This document shows, piece by piece, positions 53,702 through 63,904 of a DNA stretch of 64,000 bases. The notes under the pieces were generated by a model, which was not told where the DNA came from, searched no databases, and saw only the letters and a program-made list of their open reading frames with translations. How positions within the stretch are numbered: position 1 is the stretch's first letter; each line of letters begins with the position of its first letter. The position numbers were made by a program, and so were the translations under genes. Source of the stretch: an uncultured Phycisphaerales bacterium (GTDB lineage Bacteria; Planctomycetota; B15-G4; CAYZWU01); the NCBI GenBank assembly GCA_964633825.1, contig CAZWHE010000002.1:4653-68652 (forward strand), in the 5' to 3' direction.

Positions 53702-55357
53702 ATGAGTTCGACCCGCCAAAACAAACGCCGGAAGAGAAAAGGCAAGCCCGCCCCCAGCAGGCACCCCGAAACCACCCCCGAAACAGCGCCGCTCAACATC
53801 CGGCTGACACTCTACTTCACCGTCTTCGTCACCGGCGGGGTGATCATGATGCTCGAGATCCTGGGAACCCGAATCATAGGATCCTTTTACGGCGTCAGCC
53901 TCTTTGTCTGGTCTTCGCTCATATCGGTCACGCTGATCTCGCTCGCCATCGGCTACTACCTGGGCGGGCTGACGGCGGACAAGCTCGATTCGTTCCGTCT
54001 TTACAGGATCGTGGCCCTGGCCGGTTTTTTTACCGCGCTGACCCCCGCGATCAAGGGCCCGATCCTTTCCCTGACGAACCCGCTCGGCATACGCATGGGT
54101 TCCTTTGTGAGCGCCCTCGCCCTCTTCAGCATTCCGCTGACGCTGCTGGCCATGATCGGTCCCCGGGTCATCAAGCTCTTCACCCACAAGCTGGAGAAAG
54201 TCGGACTCGCTTCGGGCTCGGTCTTCGCCTTCAGCACGGTGGGTAGTGTTCTGGGAACGCTGCTGCTCGGTTTTTTCCTGCTCCCGCTCCTGGGCACGCG
54301 CTTCATCCTCTGCAGCATCAGCGCCTCGCTCTTCGCGCTCGCTTTTGTTCTCTGGATCATGGAACGGCCACAGGTGAATCGATTTGAAATCTATCCAAAG
54401 AAAATCGTACTCCCTCTTTTTATTCTCGTCCTTGCGGCCGCGGCGGGGATTCCCGTCGCAACGGGCAGCGGACCTTCACAAACAGGAACGGATCGATTCC
54501 GGGTTGTGGGCGAGTCTGAAAGCATATACGGGAAGGTCCGCGTCATCGACGACGAGGAAAACGGAATCCGATGGCTTCTGTCCGACATGTCCGCCATCAG
54601 CGCCGTGTACACGAGTACGGGGGAACCGATCTTTTCCTACCTCGCCCTTCTCGAAACGCTCCCGTGCTTTCACCCCGAGGGGCGCAGCGCCCTCATGATC
54701 GGCCTGGGCGCCGGGCATCTTCCGACGAGACTGAGCGAGCTCGGCGTCGAGACCGACGTGATCGAGATCGATCCGGCTGTCGAGCATGCCGCAAAAAAGT
54801 ATTTCGCCTTCGATCCTCCGGGGAGGCTGATCGTGGGAGATGCCCGGTACGAGATCAAAAAAATCAAAAAGAAATACGATTTCATCATCCACGACTGCTT
54901 CAGCGGAGGTGCCATTCCCCCCCACCTTTTGAGCGTTGAAATGATCCAGGAGCTCAAGTCGCTTCTCAAGGACGACGGTCTTTTCGCTCTCAACTTTGTC
55001 GGCTTCACAGAAGGACATCGCGCCGAGGCGCTGGCCGCCGTCGACAGGACGTTGAAGTCCGTTTTCACCTACCAGAAGGCTTTTGTCTCCGCCGCGGGCG
55101 AGAACCTCATCGACAACATCTACCTCGCATCCATGAAACCGATCACAGTCGATGCCGATTCGAAGGATCACGCACTCTCCAAAAGCGCTCGCAGGATGCT
55201 CCACAGCCTGAGCAGCCTCGAACGAACACTCCAGCCGGGACAAGGTCCCGTCATCACCGATGATTTCAATCCCCTTCAAAACATGCAGGCCGGAATGGCC
55301 GAAGAGTACAGGGAAATGATGCTCTCGCGGCTGGGCGGTGAAATGCTTTCGCGGTGA
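53702..55357 (+). CDS. Fused polytopic membrane domain / spermidine-synthase-like (polyamine aminopropyltransferase family) protein
   Basis: ~7 N-terminal TM helices, then the class-I methyltransferase-fold spermidine synthase signature 'ALMIGLGAGHLPTRL...DVIEIDPAV...FDFIIHDCFSGG'. Confidence 0.75.
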   Translation: MSSTRQNKRRKRKGKPAPSRHPETTPETAPLNIRLTLYFTVFVTGGVIMMLEILGTRIIGSFYGVSLFVWSSLISVTLISLAIGYYLGGLTADKLDSFRLYRIVALAGFFTALTPAIKGPILSLTNPLGIRMGSFVSALALFSIPLTLLAMIGPRVIKLFTHKLEKVGLASGSVFAFSTVGSVLGTLLLGFFLLPLLGTRFILCSISASLFALAFVLWIMERPQVNRFEIYPKKIVLPLFILVLAAAAGIPVATGSGPSQTGTDRFRVVGESESIYGKVRVIDDEENGIRWLLSDMSAISAVYTSTGEPIFSYLALLETLPCFHPEGRSALMIGLGAGHLPTRLSELGVETDVIEIDPAVEHAAKKYFAFDPPGRLIVGDARYEIKKIKKKYDFIIHDCFSGGAIPPHLLSVEMIQELKSLLKDDGLFALNFVGFTEGHRAEALAAVDRTLKSVFTYQKAFVSAAGENLIDNIYLASMKPITVDADSKDHALSKSARRMLHSLSSLERTLQPGQGPVITDDFNPLQNMQAGMAEEYREMMLSRLGGEMLSR

Positions 55358-55367
55358 CCCGCCCGGC

Positions 55368-57272
55368 TCAGGGCCGATACTCGAAAGCACCGATGCTGGG
55401 CGGATTGTTGAACAACACACCGTCGAAGTCGAGATACTGCTCGCCCATGTAGAAACCGGCATAGAGGCAGGGCGATCCGATGGTGATGTGGTAATCGCCG
55501 CCGGCGTAATTCACGCAGAGGGGATCAGCCGCGATGTTGTCCTGGAAAACATCGTCGAACGCGGCGTTGTTGTTCGCCTCGGAAACAGTGTACGCCGCGT
55601 CCTTGTACCAGATCAGCTTCGTCACACCGCTCCTGTAGAGACAGTTGTTGAGAAAGAGATTGTCCCGGGGCGACGTGGTGTTTCCCTGGTCGTCTTCGAC
55701 GGCGATCTGGTAATACTCCCCGAGCTCGTAATCGCAGTCGATGATGATGTTGTTGGCAATGATGTTGTCGTGAATATCGAGGGCCGCGCTCCACGAGTCG
55801 TTGAGGATGATGCCCGGAGCCTGCGTGTTGATGATCGTGTTGTTGAAAACCTCGTTGTGGTGGCAGACCATGTCCTCCCCGCTGTTTTTGCTGACCCACG
55901 TGCTCATGTTCAGCCCGCGGGAAGGATATTTGTAGTCGTCCCTCATGTTCTCGATGATATTGCCGTAAAACTTGTTGCGGCTGCCGTTGCAGTGGCTGGC
56001 CGTCGGCATGTCGTGGCCGTAATTCCAGCGGAACACGTTGTTCGTGTTTTTCCCCTCCGCTCCGACGCACGTCCAGGGGTAGCCATGCAACGCATCGGGC
56101 GCCGTCATTTCGTTCGATTCGACAATAATATTAGAAACGCCGAAAGCGCTGCTGTACTTGCCGTTGACCTGGATCGACGAGTGGCTGAAGTTCTTGACGA
56201 AGTTGCCCCTGACGATCACGTTGGAAGCGGCGCGGTCGATCTCGATGCCGTCGGACAGGCCCGTGTTGGGAAAGGTGTAGCCGGAAGAAGGAATATAAAC
56301 GATCTCGTCGGGATCGAGCATGTAATCGACATGATTGTTCTCGATCAGCACGTCGGTGATGCCCACGCCCGTGTAGTCGCGGAGGACAATTCCGGCCTTG
56401 ACCGGGTACTTGATCACACAGTTCCGGATCGTAAAACCCGTTCCCGAACCATTGATCCTCAAGGCGCTGTGGAACCCGCCGTAGAGGGCCAGGTTTCTCA
56501 AGGTAATGTAATTAGCGTCTTGCAGGATGACCACCCAGCCTCCCGTGGGCTGGCCGTATATGTCTGTGTTCCCGGGGAGCGTCTCGATCTTCGATCCGTT
56601 GGGATCGTCCATGCTGAAGACATAGAGATTACCCGCTGTATCGTCGTAGCACCATGTGTCAACGCTGTTCAGGTCGAAGATGGTGTCCGCTCTCCCCTGC
56701 CCCACGCCGTCGAAAAAGCAGCGGTTCACCCTGTTCTCCACACCGGTCCGCTTCCAGGCATGCTTGACCGTGGGATGAATGTATTCCTCCCACCCGCTCT
56801 CCCACAGCTCGAGGGTCGTCAGGAGCGGCGGTTCGGGCGCCGTGCCGTAATCGGTGATCACGATCCTGTGTGCCGCCGTACCGTTTTTTCCATCGATCTC
56901 CCAACAGTTATCCTCAGTGCCCGCCATGCCGGTGAGGCGCCAAACCTCGCCCCTCTTGAAGCGGATCACGATACCGGGGCCGAGCACGCCATCCACGTTT
57001 GCGAGCGTTTTCCAGGGAGAGCGGGGCGTGAGGCCGCTGTTCGAGTCGTCGCCGCCGCTGTTATCGATGTAATAGCAGACAGGGCTCTCGAAAACCTCGG
57101 GTACGGCGGCGGCCGCCCGGCCCGTCTGGCCGGAAATCGCCCGGCCATTCTGGCCGGAAATCGCCCGGCCCGCCTGCCGGCCGGCTGCAACCGAAATCGG
57201 CGGACAAAGCAGGACAGCCCCCACCACTGCTATATATATAGTGGTAGGGAAAAGATGTTTTCTGCGGAACAT
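55368..57272 (-). CDS. Secreted right-handed parallel beta-helix (pectin-lyase-fold) protein
   Basis: Signal peptide 'IYIAVVGAVLLCPPISVAA' and beta-helix rungs ('IRNCVIKYPVKAGIVLRD', 'IENNHVDYM', 'IVRGNFVKNFSHSSIQVNG', 'VFNNTIINTQ', 'IHDNIIANNIIIDCD'). The plus-strand ORF 55338-57311 is treated as an artefact. Confidence 0.7.
   Translation of the reverse strand: MFRRKHLFPTTIYIAVVGAVLLCPPISVAAGRQAGRAISGQNGRAISGQTGRAAAAVPEVFESPVCYYIDNSGGDDSNSGLTPRSPWKTLANVDGVLGPGIVIRFKRGEVWRLTGMAGTEDNCWEIDGKNGTAAHRIVITDYGTAPEPPLLTTLELWESGWEEYIHPTVKHAWKRTGVENRVNRCFFDGVGQGRADTIFDLNSVDTWCYDDTAGNLYVFSMDDPNGSKIETLPGNTDIYGQPTGGWVVILQDANYITLRNLALYGGFHSALRINGSGTGFTIRNCVIKYPVKAGIVLRDYTGVGITDVLIENNHVDYMLDPDEIVYIPSSGYTFPNTGLSDGIEIDRAASNVIVRGNFVKNFSHSSIQVNGKYSSAFGVSNIIVESNEMTAPDALHGYPWTCVGAEGKNTNNVFRWNYGHDMPTASHCNGSRNKFYGNIIENMRDDYKYPSRGLNMSTWVSKNSGEDMVCHHNEVFNNTIINTQAPGIILNDSWSAALDIHDNIIANNIIIDCDYELGEYYQIAVEDDQGNTTSPRDNLFLNNCLYRSGVTKLIWYKDAAYTVSEANNNAAFDDVFQDNIAADPLCVNYAGGDYHITIGSPCLYAGFYMGEQYLDFDGVLFNNPPSIGAFEYRP
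57126..57173. repeat. 24-bp in-frame tandem duplication encoding GRAISGQ(N/T) just after the signal peptide of the beta-helix protein
   Basis: 'tctggccggaaatcgcccggccat' is followed by a near-identical copy. Confidence 0.6.
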
Positions 57273-57383
57273 GGGAGGCCTCCTCTCGGCTCGCAGGGTA
57301 TTATATCATAATTCTTTGTTGCATCGCAATAGCAAGCCCGAGAGCCGTTGGGAACTGAGGGACAGGCGGCGGCTCACCCCTGG

Positions 57384-59795
57384 TCACTGTTTGGGGGCCT
57401 TCTTCCCTTCCACTTCGTTCAAAGCCTTGCGAAAGGAGAGGACGATGGGATTTTCGGGGGGCAGGTTTTTCTCGGCGAGGTCAAGGCCTTCTTTCAACAG
57501 GGTTCCGGCTTCGTCGAGCCGGCCACGGCCGTAAAGCAGTTTCGCCAGGTTGCGCATCATCAGAAGCGTATCGCGGTGTTCGTCTCCCAGGATTCGGCGT
57601 TGAATATCGAGCGCTTTTCGGAAGAGCTCCTCCGCCTCGGCGAGCTCACCCTTGGTCTTGAGCAGTTCCGCCAGGTTGTACATCACCAGAAGCATGTCCG
57701 AGTGTTCGTCTCCCAGAACGCGGTGCTGGATCTCGAGCGTTTCTCGAAGGAGCTGCTCCGCTTCGGGAAGCCGGTCCTGTTTGTACAGCACGAGACCGAG
57801 GTTGGCTATCGATGTGATGGTATCGGGATGTTCTTCGCCCAGGAGGCGGCGGCGGGCCTCCAGGACTTCGCGCAGAAAAACCTCGGCTTCGGAGAACAAT
57901 CCCTTTCTTATCTGCACCAAGGCGAGGTTGCTCAGCGACGTGAGCGTGTCCGGGTCCTCCCTGCCCAGAGCCCGGCGGCGAATCTCGAGGACCTTGCGGT
58001 AAATCGGTTCGGCCTCGGAGATCCTGCCCTGGGTCCTGAGCGCATTGGCGATGTTGTTCATCGTGGTCAGCGTGTCGGGGTGCTCCTCTCCCAGAACGGA
58101 CCGCTGAATGCCAAGGGCGCGGCGATAGAGCCCTTCGGCATCGGAATAGAGGCTCTGTTTCCGCAGCACCATGCCGAGGTCGTTCATCGATTGGAGCGTA
58201 TCGGGATGCTCCTCTCCCAGCTCACGAGCGCGAATTTCCAATGCCGCCTTGTGCCGGCGTCCGGCTTCATCGTACAAGCCGAGCCTGTAATAGGTACTGC
58301 CGATCGTCCTCAGCAAAAAAGCCTGGATTTCGGGCTCATCGGGAAAAGCGGTATCGATCTCGGCGGCGGCTTTCCCCAGAACATCGACGACCTTCACCTC
58401 CCGGCCGTCTTCGCCGGGATCGGGAGAGGAGAACATGGTCTCGAGAAACTCATTGACCATATTGGCTTTCTTTGCTTCCGTCTCCGCCTCGTCTCTCTCC
58501 CCCCTTATCTGGATGATATACCAGGGTATGGACAGAATCAGAGCGCCCACGGCCAGAAGGGTGACGGTCAGGGCGGCGCTCAGGGCGGGATTGCGTCTAA
58601 CCCGCTTCCACAGCCGGCCGGCGGCGCCGATCGGCCTGGCGTGGATCATTTCACCCTGGAGGAGCCGGTCGATGTCATCGGCGAAATCGGCCATGGTCGG
58701 GTAACGCCGGCCGGGATCCTTTTCCAGGGCGGTGAGGATCACCGTTTCCAGATCGCGGGAGATGGCCCTGTTCAAGCGTCGCGGCGGCGCAGGATCCCTT
58801 TCCAGGATCTGGCGGAACACCTGCTCGTAGGTCTCTCCCTCGAAGGGCACGCGGCCCGTGACGGCTTCGTACAGCGTCACCCCGAGAGCGTACACATCGG
58901 TGCGCGCGTCGATGGTGCGCGCCTTGGCGTCGACCTGTTCCGGCGCGGCATAGTGCGGTGTGCCGCGGAACTCGCCGGTGAGCGTCATCTTCGACAGCTT
59001 CATGTTTCGCGCAACACCGAAGTCCATGAGCTTGACCCGGTCCTCGGGATCGATCCGGATATTCGTGGGCTTCACGTCCCGGTGAATGATTCCCGCCTGA
59101 TGAGCGGCGGCGAGAGCCCGGGCGATCTCGCGGATCCAGGCCAGCGACCTGGAAGGGGCGATCCGCTCCCCTCGGGACGCCGCTTCGGCCAACACCTCGT
59201 TCAGGTCTTGTCCGGGCACGAGCTCCATGGCGAAGTAGCGGACTCCCTTCTCCTCGCCGCTGCCGAAGAGGGTGACGATGTTGGGATGCCGCAGCTTGGA
59301 GACCGCCTCGATTTCACGCCAGAACCGTTTTTCCGCTTCGAACGACGCCGCCTGGTCCGTGCGCAGAACCTTTAAAGCCACCTGTCGGCCGAGCCGCTCC
59401 TGGACGGCCAGATAGACCACGCCCATGCCGCCTTTCCCCAACCGCCGGATCAGCCGGAATTCGCCCAAGCGCTCGAAAGGCAGGCCCGGCTCCGCTTCCA
59501 GACCAGAGTTGCCGGCGCTGTCGCTTTTCTCGGACTCAACGAAGGATCTCCAGGCGGGCTGCTCGAACAGCCTGGAAGCTTCGGCCCCGGCGGAAAGGAG
59601 GGAGGCGACTTTTTCCTTCAATTCCGGATCATTGGCGCAGGCTTCGTCCAGGTATGCCCGTCGCTCCTCGGGATCGCGCTCCAGCGCCGCCTGATAGAGG
59701 GCCCGAACCTTGTTGATTTTTTCCGATTCCACTGCTGTCCCCCTACGATTCAACCCGCTTTCGGCGGTATTGCACACACCTGGAAGAAACATCAT
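57384..59795 (-). CDS. Serine/threonine protein kinase with a TM segment and C-terminal TPR repeats
   Basis: Kinase motifs 'LGKGGMGVVYLA...ALKVL', 'HRDVKPTNI', 'DFGVAR', 'APE'. A TM 'ALTVTLLAVGALILSIPWYII'. Multiple TPR units ('LGEEHPDTL...' x6). Confidence 0.85.
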   Translation of the reverse strand: MMFLPGVCNTAESGLNRRGTAVESEKINKVRALYQAALERDPEERRAYLDEACANDPELKEKVASLLSAGAEASRLFEQPAWRSFVESEKSDSAGNSGLEAEPGLPFERLGEFRLIRRLGKGGMGVVYLAVQERLGRQVALKVLRTDQAASFEAEKRFWREIEAVSKLRHPNIVTLFGSGEEKGVRYFAMELVPGQDLNEVLAEAASRGERIAPSRSLAWIREIARALAAAHQAGIIHRDVKPTNIRIDPEDRVKLMDFGVARNMKLSKMTLTGEFRGTPHYAAPEQVDAKARTIDARTDVYALGVTLYEAVTGRVPFEGETYEQVFRQILERDPAPPRRLNRAISRDLETVILTALEKDPGRRYPTMADFADDIDRLLQGEMIHARPIGAAGRLWKRVRRNPALSAALTVTLLAVGALILSIPWYIIQIRGERDEAETEAKKANMVNEFLETMFSSPDPGEDGREVKVVDVLGKAAAEIDTAFPDEPEIQAFLLRTIGSTYYRLGLYDEAGRRHKAALEIRARELGEEHPDTLQSMNDLGMVLRKQSLYSDAEGLYRRALGIQRSVLGEEHPDTLTTMNNIANALRTQGRISEAEPIYRKVLEIRRRALGREDPDTLTSLSNLALVQIRKGLFSEAEVFLREVLEARRRLLGEEHPDTITSIANLGLVLYKQDRLPEAEQLLRETLEIQHRVLGDEHSDMLLVMYNLAELLKTKGELAEAEELFRKALDIQRRILGDEHRDTLLMMRNLAKLLYGRGRLDEAGTLLKEGLDLAEKNLPPENPIVLSFRKALNEVEGKKAPKQ

Positions 59796-59910
59796 AGTAG
59801 AAGAAAAGGCTCAAGAAAATCGGAAACCCCGCAGCAGGGAGATCCGCTGCAGGACGACTTTTGATATCATTCCGGTTTCTGGCAATGCCTCTCGTAATCG
59901 GGACGGGTCC

Positions 59911-61095
59911 ATGGCTGAAGAACCTTTGTCTTCCCACATGATCATGCACGTCGACATGGACGCTTTTTTCGCCGCCGTCGAGAAGCACGACAATCCCGAC
60001 CTCGAAGGCCGGCCCGTGATCGTCGGCGCCCGGCCCGGTTCTCGCGGTGTCGTGGCCGCGTGCAGCTACGAAGCGCGCCGCTTCGGCCTCCACTCGGCCA
60101 TGCCGATCTCGACGGCATACAAGCTCTGTCCCCACGGGGTGTACATCCGCCCCAGAATGAAACGCTATGCCCATGTGTCGCGCCGCGTGATGGCGGCGCT
60201 GGCCATGGTCTCGCCCCATGTGGAGCCCACGTCGATCGACGAGGCTTTCGTCGACGTCACCGGCCTCGACCGCCACTCCGGGGGGCTCGAGGAAACGGGG
60301 CGCCGCACCAAGGACGCTGTCTTCAAGGAGACGGGACTCACCTGCTCGGTCGGCATCGGGCCCAACCGCCTGATCGCCAAGATCGCTTCCGACTTCGAAA
60401 AACCGGATGGCCTGACCGTTGTCCGGCCCGGGGCTGTTCTCGATTTCCTCGCCCCGCTGAGCGTTTCCGTCCTGCGCGGCGTGGGAAAAAAGCTCGGGCA
60501 ACAGCTCGAAGGCGCCGGCATCCGCACCGTGCTCGATCTGCGGAAACGGACAGAGCCGGAACTGGCCCGCCGATTCGGCGCCGCTGCCGGCAAAAAGCTT
60601 TTCGCCCAGGCGCGCGGAATCGCCTCGGATCTGGTGGGAGGTACGGGGACCCGGAAATCGATTTCAAAGGAAACCACCTTCAACGAGGACGTGAGGGACC
60701 GCGACGTGGTCCGCGAAACGATGCGGTCCCAGGCCACCGCCGTCGGCTCCATTGCGCGGCGGGAAGGGACGGCGGGCCGCACCGTCAATGTCAAGATCCG
60801 GCTCGCCGGATTCGAAACGCACACGCGCAGCAGGACGTTCGAAAAAGCGACCAACCTGGACGGCGAGATCTTCAGGCAGGGATGGACGCTCTACCAAAAG
60901 AGCGGCTTCACGAACCGGCCCGTGCGCCTCATCGGCATCGGGATCTCCAACCTCGAAAAAAAGAGCCAGCTCGAGCTCTTTTCCGAAAAGAGCGATAAAG
61001 AGAGGCGGCTGGCCGAAGCCAAGGACAGGATCGTGGCCCGCTTCGGGAAGAACGCCGTGGGGCTCAGGTCTCCGCGCCGCGACCCGCTCACCTGA
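59911..61095 (+). CDS. dinB: DNA polymerase IV (Y-family)
   Basis: 'MIMHVDMDAFFAAVE', 'SYEARRFGLHSAMP', 'SIDEAFVDVTG', and a little-finger domain. Start chosen at the upstream ATG; an alternative is 59938. Confidence 0.85.
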   Translation: MAEEPLSSHMIMHVDMDAFFAAVEKHDNPDLEGRPVIVGARPGSRGVVAACSYEARRFGLHSAMPISTAYKLCPHGVYIRPRMKRYAHVSRRVMAALAMVSPHVEPTSIDEAFVDVTGLDRHSGGLEETGRRTKDAVFKETGLTCSVGIGPNRLIAKIASDFEKPDGLTVVRPGAVLDFLAPLSVSVLRGVGKKLGQQLEGAGIRTVLDLRKRTEPELARRFGAAAGKKLFAQARGIASDLVGGTGTRKSISKETTFNEDVRDRDVVRETMRSQATAVGSIARREGTAGRTVNVKIRLAGFETHTRSRTFEKATNLDGEIFRQGWTLYQKSGFTNRPVRLIGIGISNLEKKSQLELFSEKSDKERRLAEAKDRIVARFGKNAVGLRSPRRDPLT

Positions 61096-62329
61096 TATAG
61101 CCGAGGGAACGGAGGTGCTCTTCTATCTGCCTGTCCGCCGGGGATTTTAAAGCCTCCCCTTCCCCGGAAAGCGATCCCTTCTCTTCATAGGTCGAGACGA
61201 AGGTCTCCCTGCGGGCGCTCAAGAATTCCTCGTCAAAGGCGTTTTTCAGAATCCGTCCGTCCATGTCTTCCGCAACGGGAAGGCCGAGGCAATAGAGGAG
61301 CGTTGGTGTGATATCGAGCACGCCCGCCTCGATCGAGGTGCCTTTCCTGACACCCGGCCCCTTGATGAGGAGGAGGCCCTCACCGCGGTGCTCGCCCGAA
61401 GGAGCGGGCTTCCCCTCGTACTCCATCCCCTTCATGCCGTGATCGGAGAGAACGATCAGCAGGGTGTCGTCCCCGGCGAATTCCATGTATTTTCCGAGCA
61501 GCCCGTCGATGGTGCGATAACTCCCCTCGAGCACGCCGCCGAAAAGCTCCTATTCCGCCTCGGGCCATGGGTCGGCATCGCGGAAGGGGCTTCCGGGATC
61601 GTAATACTTCCAGAACCGGTGGCCGCACACATCGGTCACGGCAAAATAAACGGCCGAGACCCGGGGGTCGTACTTCTCCAAAAGATAGAGCCCCATGTGG
61701 GAGTACGCTTCGTCGGCGGACACGATCCAGCGAAGATCGTCGAGGAGAACGGCCGCATCGCGGGAAGGGAATGTCTTTCTCGATGGTGCCTTTTTTGGGA
61801 GTGCCCGCCGCAACGCCGGCGGACTTGGACGAGCTCTTCTTGTCGTGAACAAATGGGAGGTAGGACGAGACCATGTATCCGTTGACCTCCTCCACGGGCC
61901 ACGTGACGAGCTACCCCACGATTCCGACGGGAATGCCCTGCTCGGAGAGGATGTTCCAGAAAGCCTTCACCCTTCTCAGGTTTCTCGTCACCGGAATTCT
62001 TCTGTCGTCAATCCGATCGACGACGAAGTCGAAAATGCCGTGCTTCTCCCTCCTCTTTCCCGTGGCGATGCTGGTCCAGATGAGGGGCGAGCGGAGAGGG
62101 GTTTGGATTTGCATGCGGGCTCTCACGCCCGATTTCCGGAGCTCGGCGAAGTGGGGAAGCTCCCCCGCTCGATCAGGGAATCGACGACGTTCCAGTCCGC
62201 GCCGTCCACTCCGATGATCATCACCCTTGTCTTGGAGAGGACGGATTCTTTCTCCCCGCAGGAAAGCAAAACAAGAATCGGGATGATAAGGATCCTATTG
62301 ATCACGCATTTCTCCGCGGTGTCCGGCAT
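61088..62329 (-). pseudogene. Decayed alkaline-phosphatase-family / type I phosphodiesterase-nucleotide pyrophosphatase (PF01663-like) lipoprotein gene with several frameshifts and an in-frame stop
   Basis: Homologous segments lie in different frames: 62123-62329 ('VMIIGVDGADWNVVDSLIERG'), 61911-62126 ('WTSIATGKRREKHGIFDF'), a third frame ('WPVEEVNGYMVSS'), and 61550-61852 plus 61088-61534. The last two are in the same frame but split by a TAG. Confidence 0.6.
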
Positions 62330-62602
62330 GTCTCTTGATCAGATCATGGTTTATCGAACCGTGAGAAACAAGTCTTTGGGCGTCTGTGCCGGAGTCGGTG
62401 CAGCGGTTTGTACAGTCCCAAATTTTCTACAACAGTTTTGTTGTAAAACCATATTGTCTTATTCTCACCGACTTTCAACATCGACCATGGTCCGCCGACC
62501 GCCCCATCCCAAAAAGCGGGAGCCGGAATCCATTTCCCGACCCCCGCTTGCGGGTTGAAACCGGTCATGCGATCATAAACCGGTCAAGGAATCGCACTGA
62601 CA

Positions 62603-63904
62603 TCACGGGAAAAGAATATATCCCACAAAGCCCGTGTTCTGGTCGTCGTAGACGATAATGTTCTTTTCGAGGCTGTCGCCCGAGTCGCAAAATCCGGCCA
62701 CCCCCGTGGAGGTGAAAGCCCCTGTTTTCGTGTCGTAGTAGCAGACGATGTGGTCGCCGGGAAAGCCGTTCCCGTTCAGTTCGGTGCCCTGGGCCGGAGC
62801 GAGCGAGAAGCCGAGGTAGATCTCCTCCAGATCGAAGGCGATGTAGCGCCCCTTGATCGTGGGTGTGGAGGTGATGGGAAGCATGGGCCGCGTCCAGGTC
62901 CAGAGATTGACGTCGAAAATCTGGAGAACGAGATCGATCGTGTCCATGTCGGAATCGGCGTCAAGAGGACCGTCGTCATCGTTCTCGTCGAACCCGTAAG
63001 CCACGCCGTTCCCGTCGATCGTCGGCTTGATGCAGTCTCTTGTGGTGAAGGTGTTCATCCCCGTGCTGATCGTGTGGTAACGGAGAATGTAATCGGTCAG
63101 GTCTCCATCTCCATTCAGGTCGGGGGGATTGGGAACAAAGGGCTCGGTCGCCCCGGCGCCGTTCCAGCAATAGGTTTCCCACGTGGAAAAGGCGATGGTG
63201 TCCCCTGATACGGAGGGGCTGAATCCGGCCGCCCAGGTCGAGGTGGTGACACCGGTGGAAATTGTGTGATAGCGGACCACGGGGTCCTGCATGTCGAGGT
63301 CGCCGTTGAGGTCGGTGCCCGGCAGAGGACCGACGCTCGATTCCCACGTGTAGAAGGCGATGACATCCCCGTCGATGTCGGGATAGCGGCCGTCAACGAG
63401 CGTGTCCGTCGTGGTTCCCGTGGAAATATCGTGGTAGGCGATCAGGTCGTCCTGGAAATCTCCGTCGGAATTCCAGTCAATGTTCATCCCGCCGTTTTGC
63501 TCCCAGCGGACAAAGGCGAAGAGATTGTTCGATCCCTTCGAAATGCTCGGGTAGAGCCCCTCCTCGCTCGTGTTGACGAGAACCCCGGTCGCGAGATCCC
63601 AGTACTGGATGACGTACATCCCCGGGGTGATGAAGGTGTCGCCGTTGAGATCCATGTTGGCCGCCCCTTCGTCGGTGTGGAAAACGATCACCTTCCTGTC
63701 CGTGGCCGGAAACTGACCCGGCACATTGGTGCTGAACACCTTGATCCCCGTGCGCGGGACCTGGAATGGAAGGTTGTCGAATGAGCCCTCCTTGCCGGCC
63801 GACCAGGACTGGGCACCGCCCGCGGCTTGGATGCTGCCCGCGACCGCCGCGAAAAGGAGAAGCCCGACCGCCGCAACCGCGATGCTCAAATATTTCGTAT
63901 TCAT
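62603..63904 (-). CDS. Secreted repeat protein (Asp/Gly-rich 'DLNGDGD...YHxISTG' repeats; probable beta-propeller or beta-sandwich repeats)
   Basis: Signal peptide 'LSIAVAAVGLLLFAAVAGSIQA'. At least 4 repeats of ~55 aa with the motif 'D[LW]N[GS]DGDxxDxxxxYHxISTGxxT'. Confidence 0.6.
   Translation of the reverse strand: MNTKYLSIAVAAVGLLLFAAVAGSIQAAGGAQSWSAGKEGSFDNLPFQVPRTGIKVFSTNVPGQFPATDRKVIVFHTDEGAANMDLNGDTFITPGMYVIQYWDLATGVLVNTSEEGLYPSISKGSNNLFAFVRWEQNGGMNIDWNSDGDFQDDLIAYHDISTGTTTDTLVDGRYPDIDGDVIAFYTWESSVGPLPGTDLNGDLDMQDPVVRYHTISTGVTTSTWAAGFSPSVSGDTIAFSTWETYCWNGAGATEPFVPNPPDLNGDGDLTDYILRYHTISTGMNTFTTRDCIKPTIDGNGVAYGFDENDDDGPLDADSDMDTIDLVLQIFDVNLWTWTRPMLPITSTPTIKGRYIAFDLEEIYLGFSLAPAQGTELNGNGFPGDHIVCYYDTKTGAFTSTGVAGFCDSGDSLEKNIIVYDDQNTGFVGYILFP

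Noticed and set aside
55338-57311. 657-aa plus-strand ORF opposite the beta-helix gene.
   Set aside because: The minus strand gives a coherent signal-peptide beta-helix protein with regular rungs. The plus-strand product is Val/Asp/Arg/Gly-rich without structure. I call only the minus-strand gene.
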